Shown in pieces: positions 8,776 to 17,527 of a stretch of DNA of 61,474 bases (its first letter is position 1; every line of letters starts with the position of its first letter). The notes under the pieces are model-generated. The model saw nothing but the letters and a program-made list of their open reading frames with translations, did no database searches and had not been told where the DNA came from. Source of the stretch: an uncultured Candidatus Saccharibacteria bacterium (GTDB lineage Bacteria > Patescibacteriota > Saccharimonadia > Saccharimonadales > UBA10212); assembly GCA_964483315.1 (NCBI GenBank), contig CAZAAL010000003.1, positions 90,805 to 152,278 on the forward strand, read 5' to 3'. A program made the translations under genes and the position numbers.

Positions 8776-9963
8776 CGAATCTACCAGCCTGCTCCACAGG
8801 GTGGGTGAATTGCCAGCAATAGTTTGAGGTTTTGTTGTAGCTTGGTTTGAGGGCGCTGGTTTATTGGCGGTCGGATCGGGACTTATTTGTTCACCCACGA
8901 CTACAAGCCGGTTTATAGACGTTCCTGGTGGGTCACAGGTTATAAGTGTAACACTTGATGTAGATCCATTAGCCTCGAGTACACTCAAGTCGGTGGGCGA
9001 AACGACTTTTTTATCTGTAACTTTGTATGTATACCTTACCCCATCCTTTTCCATCATGAATGTATCGCCTTTATCGAGTTTTTTCAAAAGAACAAATGCA
9101 AACTTGTACTTTCCGCTGTTAAAAATATTGTTACTAGAATGCCCAACAATCACACTATTGCCAATCTGACCCGGTTCAGCGGTATTTGCGTAGTGGACGA
9201 CTCCACTTTCAAGAGCGCTTTGTACTTTTTTTTCTTCAACTGTATCAACACCGTACACAACAGGTATCTCAACATTGATTTTAGGAATAATTATTTTAGG
9301 GTCCTTACCGACTGCGGTAGTACTGTCACTGATAATTGGCGTTGAGCTAACCGCTTTTGCAGGAGTTATAAAAGGGGCGATAAAACGTTCGTTAAAAAAT
9401 CCAAAAAGCAAAACTAAAAGCACAATTGCACCAACCCCAATCCCAAAAAATACTGACTGAAGGTGTTGCTTTGGCCCTAATTTTTTTGAAGCCATTACAT
9501 TAGAGTTGATTTGTCGCTTTATTTCGGCTGGAGTTTTTTTTGAAGTTTTTCGAGACAACTCAAGGCTGTTTGTGCTGTGTGCTGGCGCTTGGTGATGTGG
9601 CGTGTGGTACGTAGACGGCGTAGGGTGTTTAGCGCTGTGCTGATTAGCGTGGAACTCTTGCCATACCTCATGTTTTTCTTGCTCGCTCAATCTGCCGTAA
9701 TAATCATGCCATTCAATCTGAATCTCTTCGGGGGTTTTAGCGGATTTACTTAACTCAAGCATAAACATCTGATGTTTTGATAGCTTTTTATGGCCAGATA
9801 AGTTTTGTACTTCTTTTAATTCTTTAGATGCGCTAGGCTCGTGTGAGTAGATTTGATTTATTTTTTGACGCAGTAGTTCAGCCGCCGGGTTATCTTCGGG
9901 GATAGGTAACCTAGGCGTGTTATCTTTTTGTGAGCCTGCGAGTTGGTCGTCTTTTGGGTCCAT
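8767..9963 (-). CDS. Sortase-family transpeptidase with a ~170-aa His-rich N-terminal extension
   Basis: Catalytic His context VIVGHSS, TLxTC motif VTLITCDPPG, and a downstream Arg (NRLVVVG). There is a single TM (VFFGIGVGAIVLLVLLFGFF) before the catalytic domain. Confidence 0.8.
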   Translation of the reverse strand: MDPKDDQLAGSQKDNTPRLPIPEDNPAAELLRQKINQIYSHEPSASKELKEVQNLSGHKKLSKHQMFMLELSKSAKTPEEIQIEWHDYYGRLSEQEKHEVWQEFHANQHSAKHPTPSTYHTPHHQAPAHSTNSLELSRKTSKKTPAEIKRQINSNVMASKKLGPKQHLQSVFFGIGVGAIVLLVLLFGFFNERFIAPFITPAKAVSSTPIISDSTTAVGKDPKIIIPKINVEIPVVYGVDTVEEKKVQSALESGVVHYANTAEPGQIGNSVIVGHSSNNIFNSGKYKFAFVLLKKLDKGDTFMMEKDGVRYTYKVTDKKVVSPTDLSVLEANGSTSSVTLITCDPPGTSINRLVVVGEQISPDPTANKPAPSNQATTKPQTIAGNSPTLWSRLVDSLF

Positions 9964-10017
9964 TTATCTAATTTTCTCTGTTGTTATTGTACAATATTTA
10001 GGTATCATAAACTACTC

Positions 10018-10104
10018 GGGCGGGTGGTGAAATTGGTATACACGCTAGACTCAAAATCTTGTGAGCGTCAGCTCGTGAGGGTTCAAGTCCCTCCCCGCCC
10101 ACCA
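10018..10104 (+). tRNA. tRNA-Leu (anticodon CAA), long variable arm, CCA encoded
   Basis: Acceptor GGGCGGG/CCCGCCC, anticodon loop CTCAAAA (CAA), long variable arm, T-arm GAGGG-TTCAAGT-CCCTC, discriminator A plus CCA. Confidence 0.9.
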
Positions 10105-10117
10105 CGTCACAATGTAC

Positions 10118-10180
10118 AAATAGGGTTAGTCATAGTTCTGAGAACAAGAATCAAAACTACTGCTAACCCTATTTTGTTTG
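10118..10180 (+). terminator. Structured hairpin plus T-tract downstream of tRNA-Leu
   Basis: AAATAGGGTTAG (10118-10129) pairs with CTAACCCTATTT (10163-10174). There is an inner GTTC-TGA-GAAC hairpin, and the structure is followed by TTTGTTTG. Confidence 0.5.
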
Positions 10181-10238
10181 CTCCTCTAAGTTTTACAAAT
10201 AACTTTGCTTGATTTTCAAAACTTCATCCAACTTACAA

Positions 10239-11012
10239 TCAATTTATAAGACTTGTAGTAACAGCCTCAAAAGTCCTAGATGGGTTTTGTAGCCAGAACA
10301 CACTGGCTGAACTAGCACAATCAATTTGCCACATGTCTCCAGACGTTTCAGCTTGCGTAGCAACCCTGCCTCTGTATCCCACCACCATACTTCCCTGATG
10401 TTTGGTTAAAATAGCAATTTCAAACCTGCCAGTAAAAAGATGTAGGGCTTCGACTAGTTGGTTGAGCTGCATGCCCGAATATATTGCATGCATACTATGT
10501 GCTTCGATCATAAATTTTTGGAGCTCTTTCATATTAAGAGTTACCAATGAGTCAGCACGACGGATTAATTCTCTTACGTCAAGCTGGGCAAAAACTTCGC
10601 CCAAAAAGTTAATTTGTCCTTTATGCTTCTCTATAAATTTTTCTAAAATGATTGATATCTCACTATTTTTGCCAAGATCATCATCAACTAAGATACCATC
10701 TGCCCAGTTGGCATGATCGAGCCAGTCTGCCAACGCTTGTTGGTTAAAACTACCACTTTTATTACTTGGGCAGTACCAAATATCCTCAAGGTGGGTGCCG
10801 ATTGTCGATTGCAGACTTTCAGGCAAAAGCACCCTTACACTGCCGATACCAGAGTTTTTGACGGTTTCGTATGCCCTAACAGTATGGGAAAAAGCGTTTG
10901 CATGCCCGCCAATAATAAGTAGCTTGCCAGCCGAACGTTTGTTCTCTGGCCTGCTCCATAACACATCCTCAAATAAAGGTTGGTCCTTAGATTGCCTTAA
11001 CCAATATTCCAT
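10239..11012 (-). CDS. YjeF_C-like (NAD(P)H-hydrate dehydratase / carbohydrate-kinase fold) protein, divergent
   Basis: RPENKRSAGKLLIIGGHANAFSHTVRAYETVKNSGIGSVRVLLPESL resembles the N-terminal signature of the YjeF C-terminal domain. The rest is divergent. Confidence 0.5.
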   Translation of the reverse strand: MEYWLRQSKDQPLFEDVLWSRPENKRSAGKLLIIGGHANAFSHTVRAYETVKNSGIGSVRVLLPESLQSTIGTHLEDIWYCPSNKSGSFNQQALADWLDHANWADGILVDDDLGKNSEISIILEKFIEKHKGQINFLGEVFAQLDVRELIRRADSLVTLNMKELQKFMIEAHSMHAIYSGMQLNQLVEALHLFTGRFEIAILTKHQGSMVVGYRGRVATQAETSGDMWQIDCASSASVFWLQNPSRTFEAVTTSLIN

Positions 11013-11485
11013 TTTGTTCTCGGGATTCGATTAATGTCATGGCTAATCAGTCTATCCTCTTTGTCAAAATAAATCGTTGCTTTGAATGGTTTGTTAGAAA
11101 TTACAAGAGGTACCCAAAGCTCATCGCTTGGCCACATTTTAGTGTATGGGATATTTTCAAAATTAAACCACTTTGGGCGCATCTCTTCTGTTTCTAGAGG
11201 GGAGCCATCCCAACTGCTTACGATGTAGCAATGTGCTTTTGTTGGACTTTCTTTAAGATCAGAACCGCCTATAAAATCAATTTCAGCAACCTTTTTATAA
11301 ATTAGTGGTTTTAGCGTGACTTCTTCTAAGCATTCTCTAATCATCGCTGATTCGATTGATTCGCCTGCATCAGGTTTTCCTCCAAAGCCATTCCACTTAC
11401 CCTGCCCGTGGCCTCGCTTTTTTAAGCCCAATAAAACTTCTTTATCTTTGACGAAAAATGCTACCGTTCTATCGCGAATTATCAT
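10997..11485 (-). CDS. NUDIX hydrolase (MutT-like)
   Basis: Nudix box GGKPDAGESIESAMIRECLEEVTL (G-x5-E-x7-RE-x2-EE). Confidence 0.85.
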   Translation of the reverse strand: MIIRDRTVAFFVKDKEVLLGLKKRGHGQGKWNGFGGKPDAGESIESAMIRECLEEVTLKPLIYKKVAEIDFIGGSDLKESPTKAHCYIVSSWDGSPLETEEMRPKWFNFENIPYTKMWPSDELWVPLVISNKPFKATIYFDKEDRLISHDINRIPRTKWNIG

Positions 11486-12277
11486 CTATCCTAGCTCGAT
11501 GCTAACTGGGCAGTGGTCTGAACCCATCACGTCGGCGTGGATTTCAGCTTTTTTTACCCTGCCCTTTAATGACTCGGACACTAAAACATAATCGATACGC
11601 CAACCAACGTTTCGGGCTCTGGCGTTGGCCCAATGAGTCCACCAAGTGTAGTAGCCGTTACCTTTTGTAAACATCCTGAATGTATCAACAAAACCATGAT
11701 CGATTAACGCTTGGAAGCCAGACCGTTCTTCATTAGTAAAACCACGTTTACCGACATTTTCTTTAGGTCGGGCCAGATCATCTTCGGTATGAGCTACATT
11801 TAAGTCACCGCAAAAGACTACAGGCTTAGTTTTTTCGAGTTGTTGGCAGTAGGCGATAAAGGCCTTATCCCAAGCCGTTCGAATCTTGAGCCTAGATAAA
11901 TCATCCTTTACATTTATCGTATAAACACCAACTATATAAAAATCTTCAAATTCACCAGTCACTACTCTACCCTCGGCGTTCGGATCTCCGTATTCGTCAC
12001 CTTTTACACCAAACTTTTTAACAATATCGGCTGGCAAGCCTTCGCTTGTACTTAAGGGCTCAGTTTTCGAAAATAAAGCGGTTCCAGAGTAGCCTTTTTT
12101 TACAGCAGAGCTCCAAAATTCGTGGTAATCTGGCAAATCAATTTCAACCTGATCACGGCTAGCCTTTGTCTCTTGTATGCACAATATATCCGGTGAGTGC
12201 TTAGTCATAAACTCACCAAACGCGCCTTTGTTAATGACAGCTCTTATGCCATTAATGTTCCACGAATATATTTTCAT
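11486..12277 (-). CDS. xth: Exodeoxyribonuclease III
   Basis: MKIYSWNINGIRA..., ILCIQETK, GDLNVAH, RIDY and SDHCPV are the classic ExoIII/EEP AP-endonuclease motifs. Confidence 0.9.
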   Translation of the reverse strand: MKIYSWNINGIRAVINKGAFGEFMTKHSPDILCIQETKASRDQVEIDLPDYHEFWSSAVKKGYSGTALFSKTEPLSTSEGLPADIVKKFGVKGDEYGDPNAEGRVVTGEFEDFYIVGVYTINVKDDLSRLKIRTAWDKAFIAYCQQLEKTKPVVFCGDLNVAHTEDDLARPKENVGKRGFTNEERSGFQALIDHGFVDTFRMFTKGNGYYTWWTHWANARARNVGWRIDYVLVSESLKGRVKKAEIHADVMGSDHCPVSIELG

Positions 12278-12359
12278 AACACAATTATATATTTTTTATT
12301 ATTCTTAAACTACTGATAAAATACAATTAACATAAGTTTAATGGGGTAAGTTAAAACAT

Positions 12360-13769
12360 ATGCAACCTCAGGGTGATCGACCTGTTACTATAAGTTTTAG
12401 GCCTCAACAAATGATAGGTTGGATGGTGACTCTCGTGGTGTGTCTGATTCCCATCATCCTATGGTTGAGCATGACGCCCATATCTGTACGATTTTATGAT
12501 TTATCAATAGGGCTGTCATCAGTCGGTAAGATCACAGGCATCATAGGTATCGTTCTATATGCGCTTAATTTAGTTTATTCAACTCGCTTAAGATTCTTGG
12601 AAAATTGGTTTGGGGGTTTAAACAGAGTTTACATCGCGCATCACGTCGTAGGTGGTTTGGCACTAATTTTTTTATGCATTCACCCATTGTTCTTGTCCTT
12701 AGGGCTCATTAAATCATCATTATACGAGGCGGCTATGCAGTTAATACCCAACGGTTTGTCGCCTGTATCAGCATTATTTGATTCAAATCATGAATTTCAC
12801 GTAGAAGTTCTTGAGCAGTGGGCATTATTCTTCGGGATTATTGCTTTTTGGGGGATGGTTGGGTTGTTAATCATAACTTTTTTTGTAAAGTTACCATACC
12901 GACTCTGGCTATTTACTCATAAATTTTTAGGTCTTGCATTTTTTTTAGCAGGCTTGCACGTGCTTTTGATTAGTAGTGATACATCTCGTAACGCATTGCT
13001 CCGTTACTATGTAATTGGTCTGTCGATTTTAGGACTCGGAGCGTTCATATATAAATCCTTACTGGGTAAAATATTGATTAGAAAATATAAATATTACGTT
13101 GATAAAGTTCAAACAGTTGGGGGGAATGTAACGCAGTTGGAGCTAAGGCCGGTAGATTTGCCTATAACCTACCAGCCTGGTCAATTTGTTTTTGTAAGAT
13201 TTTTATACTCTGGTGCAGATAAAGTAACCGCAGAATGGCATCCGTTTTCAATTTCGTCTGCCCCGCACGAGCAAAATCTGAGACTTAGTATTAAAGCGTT
13301 AGGTGACTATACAAAGGCAATGCCTCAACTCAAGCCAGGAGCTATTGCAGAGGTCGAGGGAGCGTATGGGAAGTTTAGCTTTAAAGGATTTAAAAACCCA
13401 AATCAGATTTGGATAGCAGGCGGAATTGGTATAACTCCGTTTTTATCGATGGCAAAAAGTTTACCAAGTTCAGGTTACAAAATTGACCTGTATTATTCGG
13501 TTAAAACAATATCTGAACTTATAAACTTTAACGAATTAGTTGCGGTGCACGAGCTTAACAAAGAGTGCTTTAGATTTATTCCTTATGTTGCAGATAAAAA
13601 ACCTCAACTTTTAAATGCTGATTTTATTGAAAAGACAAGCCAGGGATTACAGTCAAAAGAAATTTTTATTTGCGGACCACCGCCAATGATGAAAGCTTTA
13701 AAAAAACAGCTAAAGGATAAGCAGGTTTTAAGCAGTGTGATTCATACTGAAGAATTTGCAATGAGTTAG
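12360..13769 (+). CDS. NOX/FRE-type flavocytochrome: ferric-reductase transmembrane domain fused to an FAD/NAD(P)H-binding dehydrogenase domain
   Basis: Two H-x12-H pairs lie in predicted TM helices (AHHVVGGLALIFLCIH and HKFLGLAFFLAGLH). FAD motif HPFSISS, NAD(P)H motifs GGIGITPF and CGPPPM. Confidence 0.85.
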   Translation: MQPQGDRPVTISFRPQQMIGWMVTLVVCLIPIILWLSMTPISVRFYDLSIGLSSVGKITGIIGIVLYALNLVYSTRLRFLENWFGGLNRVYIAHHVVGGLALIFLCIHPLFLSLGLIKSSLYEAAMQLIPNGLSPVSALFDSNHEFHVEVLEQWALFFGIIAFWGMVGLLIITFFVKLPYRLWLFTHKFLGLAFFLAGLHVLLISSDTSRNALLRYYVIGLSILGLGAFIYKSLLGKILIRKYKYYVDKVQTVGGNVTQLELRPVDLPITYQPGQFVFVRFLYSGADKVTAEWHPFSISSAPHEQNLRLSIKALGDYTKAMPQLKPGAIAEVEGAYGKFSFKGFKNPNQIWIAGGIGITPFLSMAKSLPSSGYKIDLYYSVKTISELINFNELVAVHELNKECFRFIPYVADKKPQLLNADFIEKTSQGLQSKEIFICGPPPMMKALKKQLKDKQVLSSVIHTEEFAMS

Positions 13770-13770
13770 T

Positions 13771-14886
13771 ATGTGGCTAAAAAGAGCAGTTAAATATACA
13801 TTAATTGGCACGCTGGGGATTTTTCTGATTATCATTCCTGCTGGGCTGATCTTCTCGGACTCAAGTGATGATTCTTTGACTCAAGAGTTGCCCGTAGACA
13901 CACAAACTGGGTTGCCAATTTCTGATACAGCAACAACCGTGGCTGGGCAAAATCCAAATCAGCCGCAATCAAACAACCCAAGTCAAGCTTACGTTCCAGC
14001 GCCAGTTGTTAAAACCGGCGGAAGCGGTGGAGTAAATCGACCAAGTGTCACATTATCGGCACAGGTTGGCGCCCTAAACACTGGTCAAAGCACAACCCTA
14101 AATTGGGCGAGCACTAACAACCCAACAACTTGCACCGCAAGCGGTGACTGGTCAGGCTTAAAAGCAAGTAGCGGGACCCAAAGCACCGGCACTCTTTCGC
14201 AGTCGAAAACCTATAGCTTTACGCTTACTTGCGTTAACGGCTCTGGTAGTGGGTACGCTACTGTTTCAATTACTGTAAGTACGCCAAGTGGTTCGTCGGG
14301 TGGCGGTGGTTCGGTGGTCTCTAAACCAGTTATCACACTTTCCGCATCGCCAGCTGTGATTAGCGCTGGTGCAAGTTCGACGATTAGTTGGAGCGCTTCG
14401 AACAGCCCGAGCTCATGCTCAGCAAGTGGTAGTTGGAGCGGATCAAAATCTGCTAGTGGTAGTCAAAGTACAGGTGCGCTTAACTCGGGCACACATACTT
14501 ACACTTTAAGTTGTTCAAATAGTGGTGGCAGTGACACAAAATCGGTAAATGTAAGCGTAAATGCGGTTGTGACATATTGTGGCGGGCAAACTCCTTGCTA
14601 CGGACCGTCAGAAGTCGCACAGCACAACACAGCTGGGAATTGCTGGGGCTACAATATTAACAGAGTAATAAATATAACCAGTTTTGATAGTGGCTATCAC
14701 ATAGGTAAGAGTGGTATAGGGAGTATCAAAGTTTCGGGTGTTTGTGGTACAAATCTTGCTAGCTCGCTAGCCGGTGGCGTATCAGCTGGCGGGCAAACAA
14801 GGAACCATTCTTCTTCAGCAAAGAATAACTCAATTAGTGCATATAACTCATATTATGTAGGATACTTCGATGCCAACAAGCCATAA
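13771..14886 (+). CDS. Secreted or membrane-anchored protein with two tandem Ig-like repeats and a C-terminal cytochrome b5-like heme-binding domain
   Basis: The start is 1 nt after the stop of the NOX-like gene. N-terminal TM/signal. There are two ~80-aa repeats (aa 91-169 and 185-263). The C-terminal segment YGPSEVAQHNTAGNCWGYNINRVINITSF..GYHIG...CGTNLAS...NHS resembles cyt b5 (H-N-x-x-x-x-C-W, V-x-x-I-T-x-F, both axial His candidates). Confidence 0.7.
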   Translation: MWLKRAVKYTLIGTLGIFLIIIPAGLIFSDSSDDSLTQELPVDTQTGLPISDTATTVAGQNPNQPQSNNPSQAYVPAPVVKTGGSGGVNRPSVTLSAQVGALNTGQSTTLNWASTNNPTTCTASGDWSGLKASSGTQSTGTLSQSKTYSFTLTCVNGSGSGYATVSITVSTPSGSSGGGGSVVSKPVITLSASPAVISAGASSTISWSASNSPSSCSASGSWSGSKSASGSQSTGALNSGTHTYTLSCSNSGGSDTKSVNVSVNAVVTYCGGQTPCYGPSEVAQHNTAGNCWGYNINRVINITSFDSGYHIGKSGIGSIKVSGVCGTNLASSLAGGVSAGGQTRNHSSSAKNNSISAYNSYYVGYFDANKP

Positions 14887-15397
14887 AATTAATGATTCGC
14901 GAGTTGTGATGGGGTTGATACTAATCACCCTGCTTGCCTTGCTGATTTTCTTTAATCCCAGCTTTAATCAATCAAATATAAGTAAGAGATTAGATGCCAA
15001 TCAAGTTGCTCATACAAGTTACTATGATGTTAGCCTTTCTAACTTTTACCTAGATACCCAAGGAATGCGAGGATTTAAGCCAAGTGAAGACGGTCAAATT
15101 TTAGTATTTGACATAACAATACATAATAAGTCTGATCAAGAGTTGGATTTTTTGCCTTCGATCCAGACCTACATTAGAGATAACCAAGGTGCATTTTACT
15201 TAATGAAGCCAACAAAGTTAAATACTCCTTATGAATCAGGTAAAATTAGCCCACACAGTAAAAAAAATGGGCAATTATCATTTGAAATACCCAAGCGAGG
15301 GGTGCCTTTAATGTTTTACTTAGACAGTGGATGGTATAACTATGCACCAACTGTCTTTAACTTACCTGCGATCGAGACATTGAATATAAAATATTAA
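14870..15397 (+). CDS. DUF4352-like beta-sandwich protein, N-terminal TM anchor
   Basis: TM helix followed by ILVFDITIHNKSDQELDF...G.LSFEIP, the pattern typical of DUF4352. Overlaps the upstream gene by 17 nt, so the start is uncertain (alternative ATG at 14909). Confidence 0.55.
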   Translation: MPTSHKINDSRVVMGLILITLLALLIFFNPSFNQSNISKRLDANQVAHTSYYDVSLSNFYLDTQGMRGFKPSEDGQILVFDITIHNKSDQELDFLPSIQTYIRDNQGAFYLMKPTKLNTPYESGKISPHSKKNGQLSFEIPKRGVPLMFYLDSGWYNYAPTVFNLPAIETLNIKY

Positions 15398-15416
15398 TAT
15401 GGTATAATATATAAAG

Positions 15417-15896
15417 ATGAGCACACCTAAAAATAACAAAATAATTCTAATCCTTGTAACGGCTCTGATATTAGTAGGTATTGCCGCATTTTTTGGGTTA
15501 ATAAATAATCAACCATCAGGTAATGAAAATAACTCAGTTTTAGGAACTTCACAAAAACAAAGCGAAGTTGCTATAAAGGTTTTGTCTACCGATCAGCTAG
15601 AAGTTGAATCGGGATATGGCAAAAAAGTCATCCGTTTAGGTGTTGAAGTGCAAAACGATTCCAATGCTGATTTACTTTTATCACCCGGATTGCAAACTTT
15701 TTTATCAGGCAATAATGGGACGCTATATAACTACACTGCTGTTTATAATAATAGCCAACCAGTAGGCGGAGTGATCGAGTCTGGTTCAAAAATTAAGCTA
15801 GACCTTGACTACGAGATACCAAACTCGGTGTACCCTAAGAGTTTTATTTTTCAAAAGGACGCCACTTCTGCGCAAATCGAGACTAGTCTAAACTAG
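15417..15896 (+). CDS. DUF4352-like beta-sandwich protein, N-terminal TM anchor (paralogous in architecture to 14870..15397)
   Basis: TM helix followed by VIRLGVEVQNDSNADLLL...KIKLDLDYEIP. Confidence 0.55.
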   Translation: MSTPKNNKIILILVTALILVGIAAFFGLINNQPSGNENNSVLGTSQKQSEVAIKVLSTDQLEVESGYGKKVIRLGVEVQNDSNADLLLSPGLQTFLSGNNGTLYNYTAVYNNSQPVGGVIESGSKIKLDLDYEIPNSVYPKSFIFQKDATSAQIETSLN

Positions 15897-16360
15897 TATT
15901 TTTGGTATTGGCTCCTGGCTATATCACGCTCTGTGTCGCGTTTTTTTATTTGCTGTCGTTTATCATGGCGCTTTTTACCCTTAGCCAGGCTAATCTTTAA
16001 CTTTATATATCGCCCGCTTGTTATTAAATTAGTCGGTACAATTGTAAGACCTTGTTGTTTGCCGGCAACCAATTTTTCGATTTCTCGCTTCTTGGCTAGT
16101 AGCTTGCGGTTGCGGACTTGGTCTTGCTCATCAATTGGCCCACTAGACGTACCAAATATCTTTGCTCCCACTAAAAAAAGTTCTCCGCCAACAATGTTGA
16201 CATACGAACCCTGCAGTTGGCCTCGGCCCATTCTTAGTGCTTTTGCCTCAGCCCCGCTTAGTTCTAAACCTACCACTAAAGAATCACCAAGCTCATAATC
16301 ATATCGTGCTCGGCGGTTTGATAGTCCTTTTTGGGTTGAACGTTTAGCTTTAGCGCTCAT
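15893..16360 (-). CDS. smpB: SsrA-binding protein
   Basis: NRRARYDYELGDSLVVGLELSGAEAKALR..., RKLLAKKREI and a basic C-terminal tail. Confidence 0.9.
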   Translation of the reverse strand: MSAKAKRSTQKGLSNRRARYDYELGDSLVVGLELSGAEAKALRMGRGQLQGSYVNIVGGELFLVGAKIFGTSSGPIDEQDQVRNRKLLAKKREIEKLVAGKQQGLTIVPTNLITSGRYIKLKISLAKGKKRHDKRQQIKKRDTERDIARSQYQKY

Positions 16361-16374
16361 GTAGACATTTTACG

Positions 16375-17487
16375 CTAATTTGTCCCAGATTTTGCTTGGA
16401 CTTCTTTAAATGAGTCTCTTACAGCCTCCCACAAACTAGGATCATTTAGTTTAATTTTTCGCCAGTACCACCACTCACCACCCCATAGGTCTATGTCTCT
16501 GAAACCGGTATCAATACCGTATTGAATACGAGTCCGTAATCTTTCAACATCCATTGATTTATTCTGCTCTTCAATCGGGGCATTTTTAAGCCCACCATAG
16601 CCATCGGCTATCCATGGCTCGGCCTGAAGTTCGTGCAACATGCTATCTTTACCGGTAAATATCTCAGTTAAGCCAGCTCTATAAGCATAATAGTTTGGGG
16701 TAAATGGATATTCAAAGTATCTTTTAGTTACGGTTTTATCCCATACTCTTTTATAGACACTTACACCAAATTGATCTGCTCTTGGCTGGCCCGTTGGTAT
16801 GCCAAAGTAATTGTTAGCGAGGCTCATTATTATCGGTTTGTTGGGATCTGCTTTCTTTACTAGATCAAATTCTTCTTGAAGCCTTTCACGGGTTGGCACT
16901 GGGCATTCGCCAAAAACATTAAGAAAATGTTCATTCTCAAGCTGGTAGTCTTTTATCACTTTACGAGCTTTAACATGATTGATTGTAGCCTGCATGTATT
17001 TATAGAGTGGCGTCTGCCATTCGGCTTGGTTATCATGATTTTTTACCCATGTCGGGAAATGGCACTCTGGCCAGCGAGGTTGTCTTAAGCCAATCGCCAG
17101 GCTGACTTCACCATTTACTGCTTCGACTTGATCCAGTTGCCAATCAAGCTCACTAAAATCATATTTGCCTGGTTCTTTTTCAACATTCTTCCAGTAACTA
17201 ACTAGCCTAAACCTTTTAAAGCCTAAATCGTCTCGTAAGGCAAGCATTGTCTGTTTGCGATCAAGGCCAAAATATTCTGCATAATCAGCTATATAGGTAA
17301 CTCCAATACTTAAAGGCTCATCGGCATGTTTTTGTTTGTACCACTCAGCGATTAACGTGCCTTGAATAGCAAGCAAAAACCAACCAGCCATAATAATTAA
17401 AATAATTTTTATTCCAATAGACCGATTGTGCCACCAACTACGAAATGTACTGATTCGATATTTTCTAAGTTTACTTTTTGATTTCAT
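16375..17487 (-). CDS. Membrane-anchored TIM-barrel glycoside hydrolase-like protein (GH5/GH42-like, family not resolved)
   Basis: N-terminal TM. Candidate acid/base in QLENEHF and candidate nucleophile in ELQAEPW, spaced as in clan GH-A enzymes. Confidence 0.5.
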   Translation of the reverse strand: MKSKSKLRKYRISTFRSWWHNRSIGIKIILIIMAGWFLLAIQGTLIAEWYKQKHADEPLSIGVTYIADYAEYFGLDRKQTMLALRDDLGFKRFRLVSYWKNVEKEPGKYDFSELDWQLDQVEAVNGEVSLAIGLRQPRWPECHFPTWVKNHDNQAEWQTPLYKYMQATINHVKARKVIKDYQLENEHFLNVFGECPVPTRERLQEEFDLVKKADPNKPIIMSLANNYFGIPTGQPRADQFGVSVYKRVWDKTVTKRYFEYPFTPNYYAYRAGLTEIFTGKDSMLHELQAEPWIADGYGGLKNAPIEEQNKSMDVERLRTRIQYGIDTGFRDIDLWGGEWWYWRKIKLNDPSLWEAVRDSFKEVQAKSGTN

Positions 17488-17527
17488 GCTGGAGCTTATG
17501 CTTTTTATAAATTATACTAAAGTGTAA

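Noticed and set aside
9943-10212. 89-aa plus-strand ORF
   Set aside because: It spans the tRNA-Leu(CAA) gene and its terminator, so its sequence is explained by the RNA gene.
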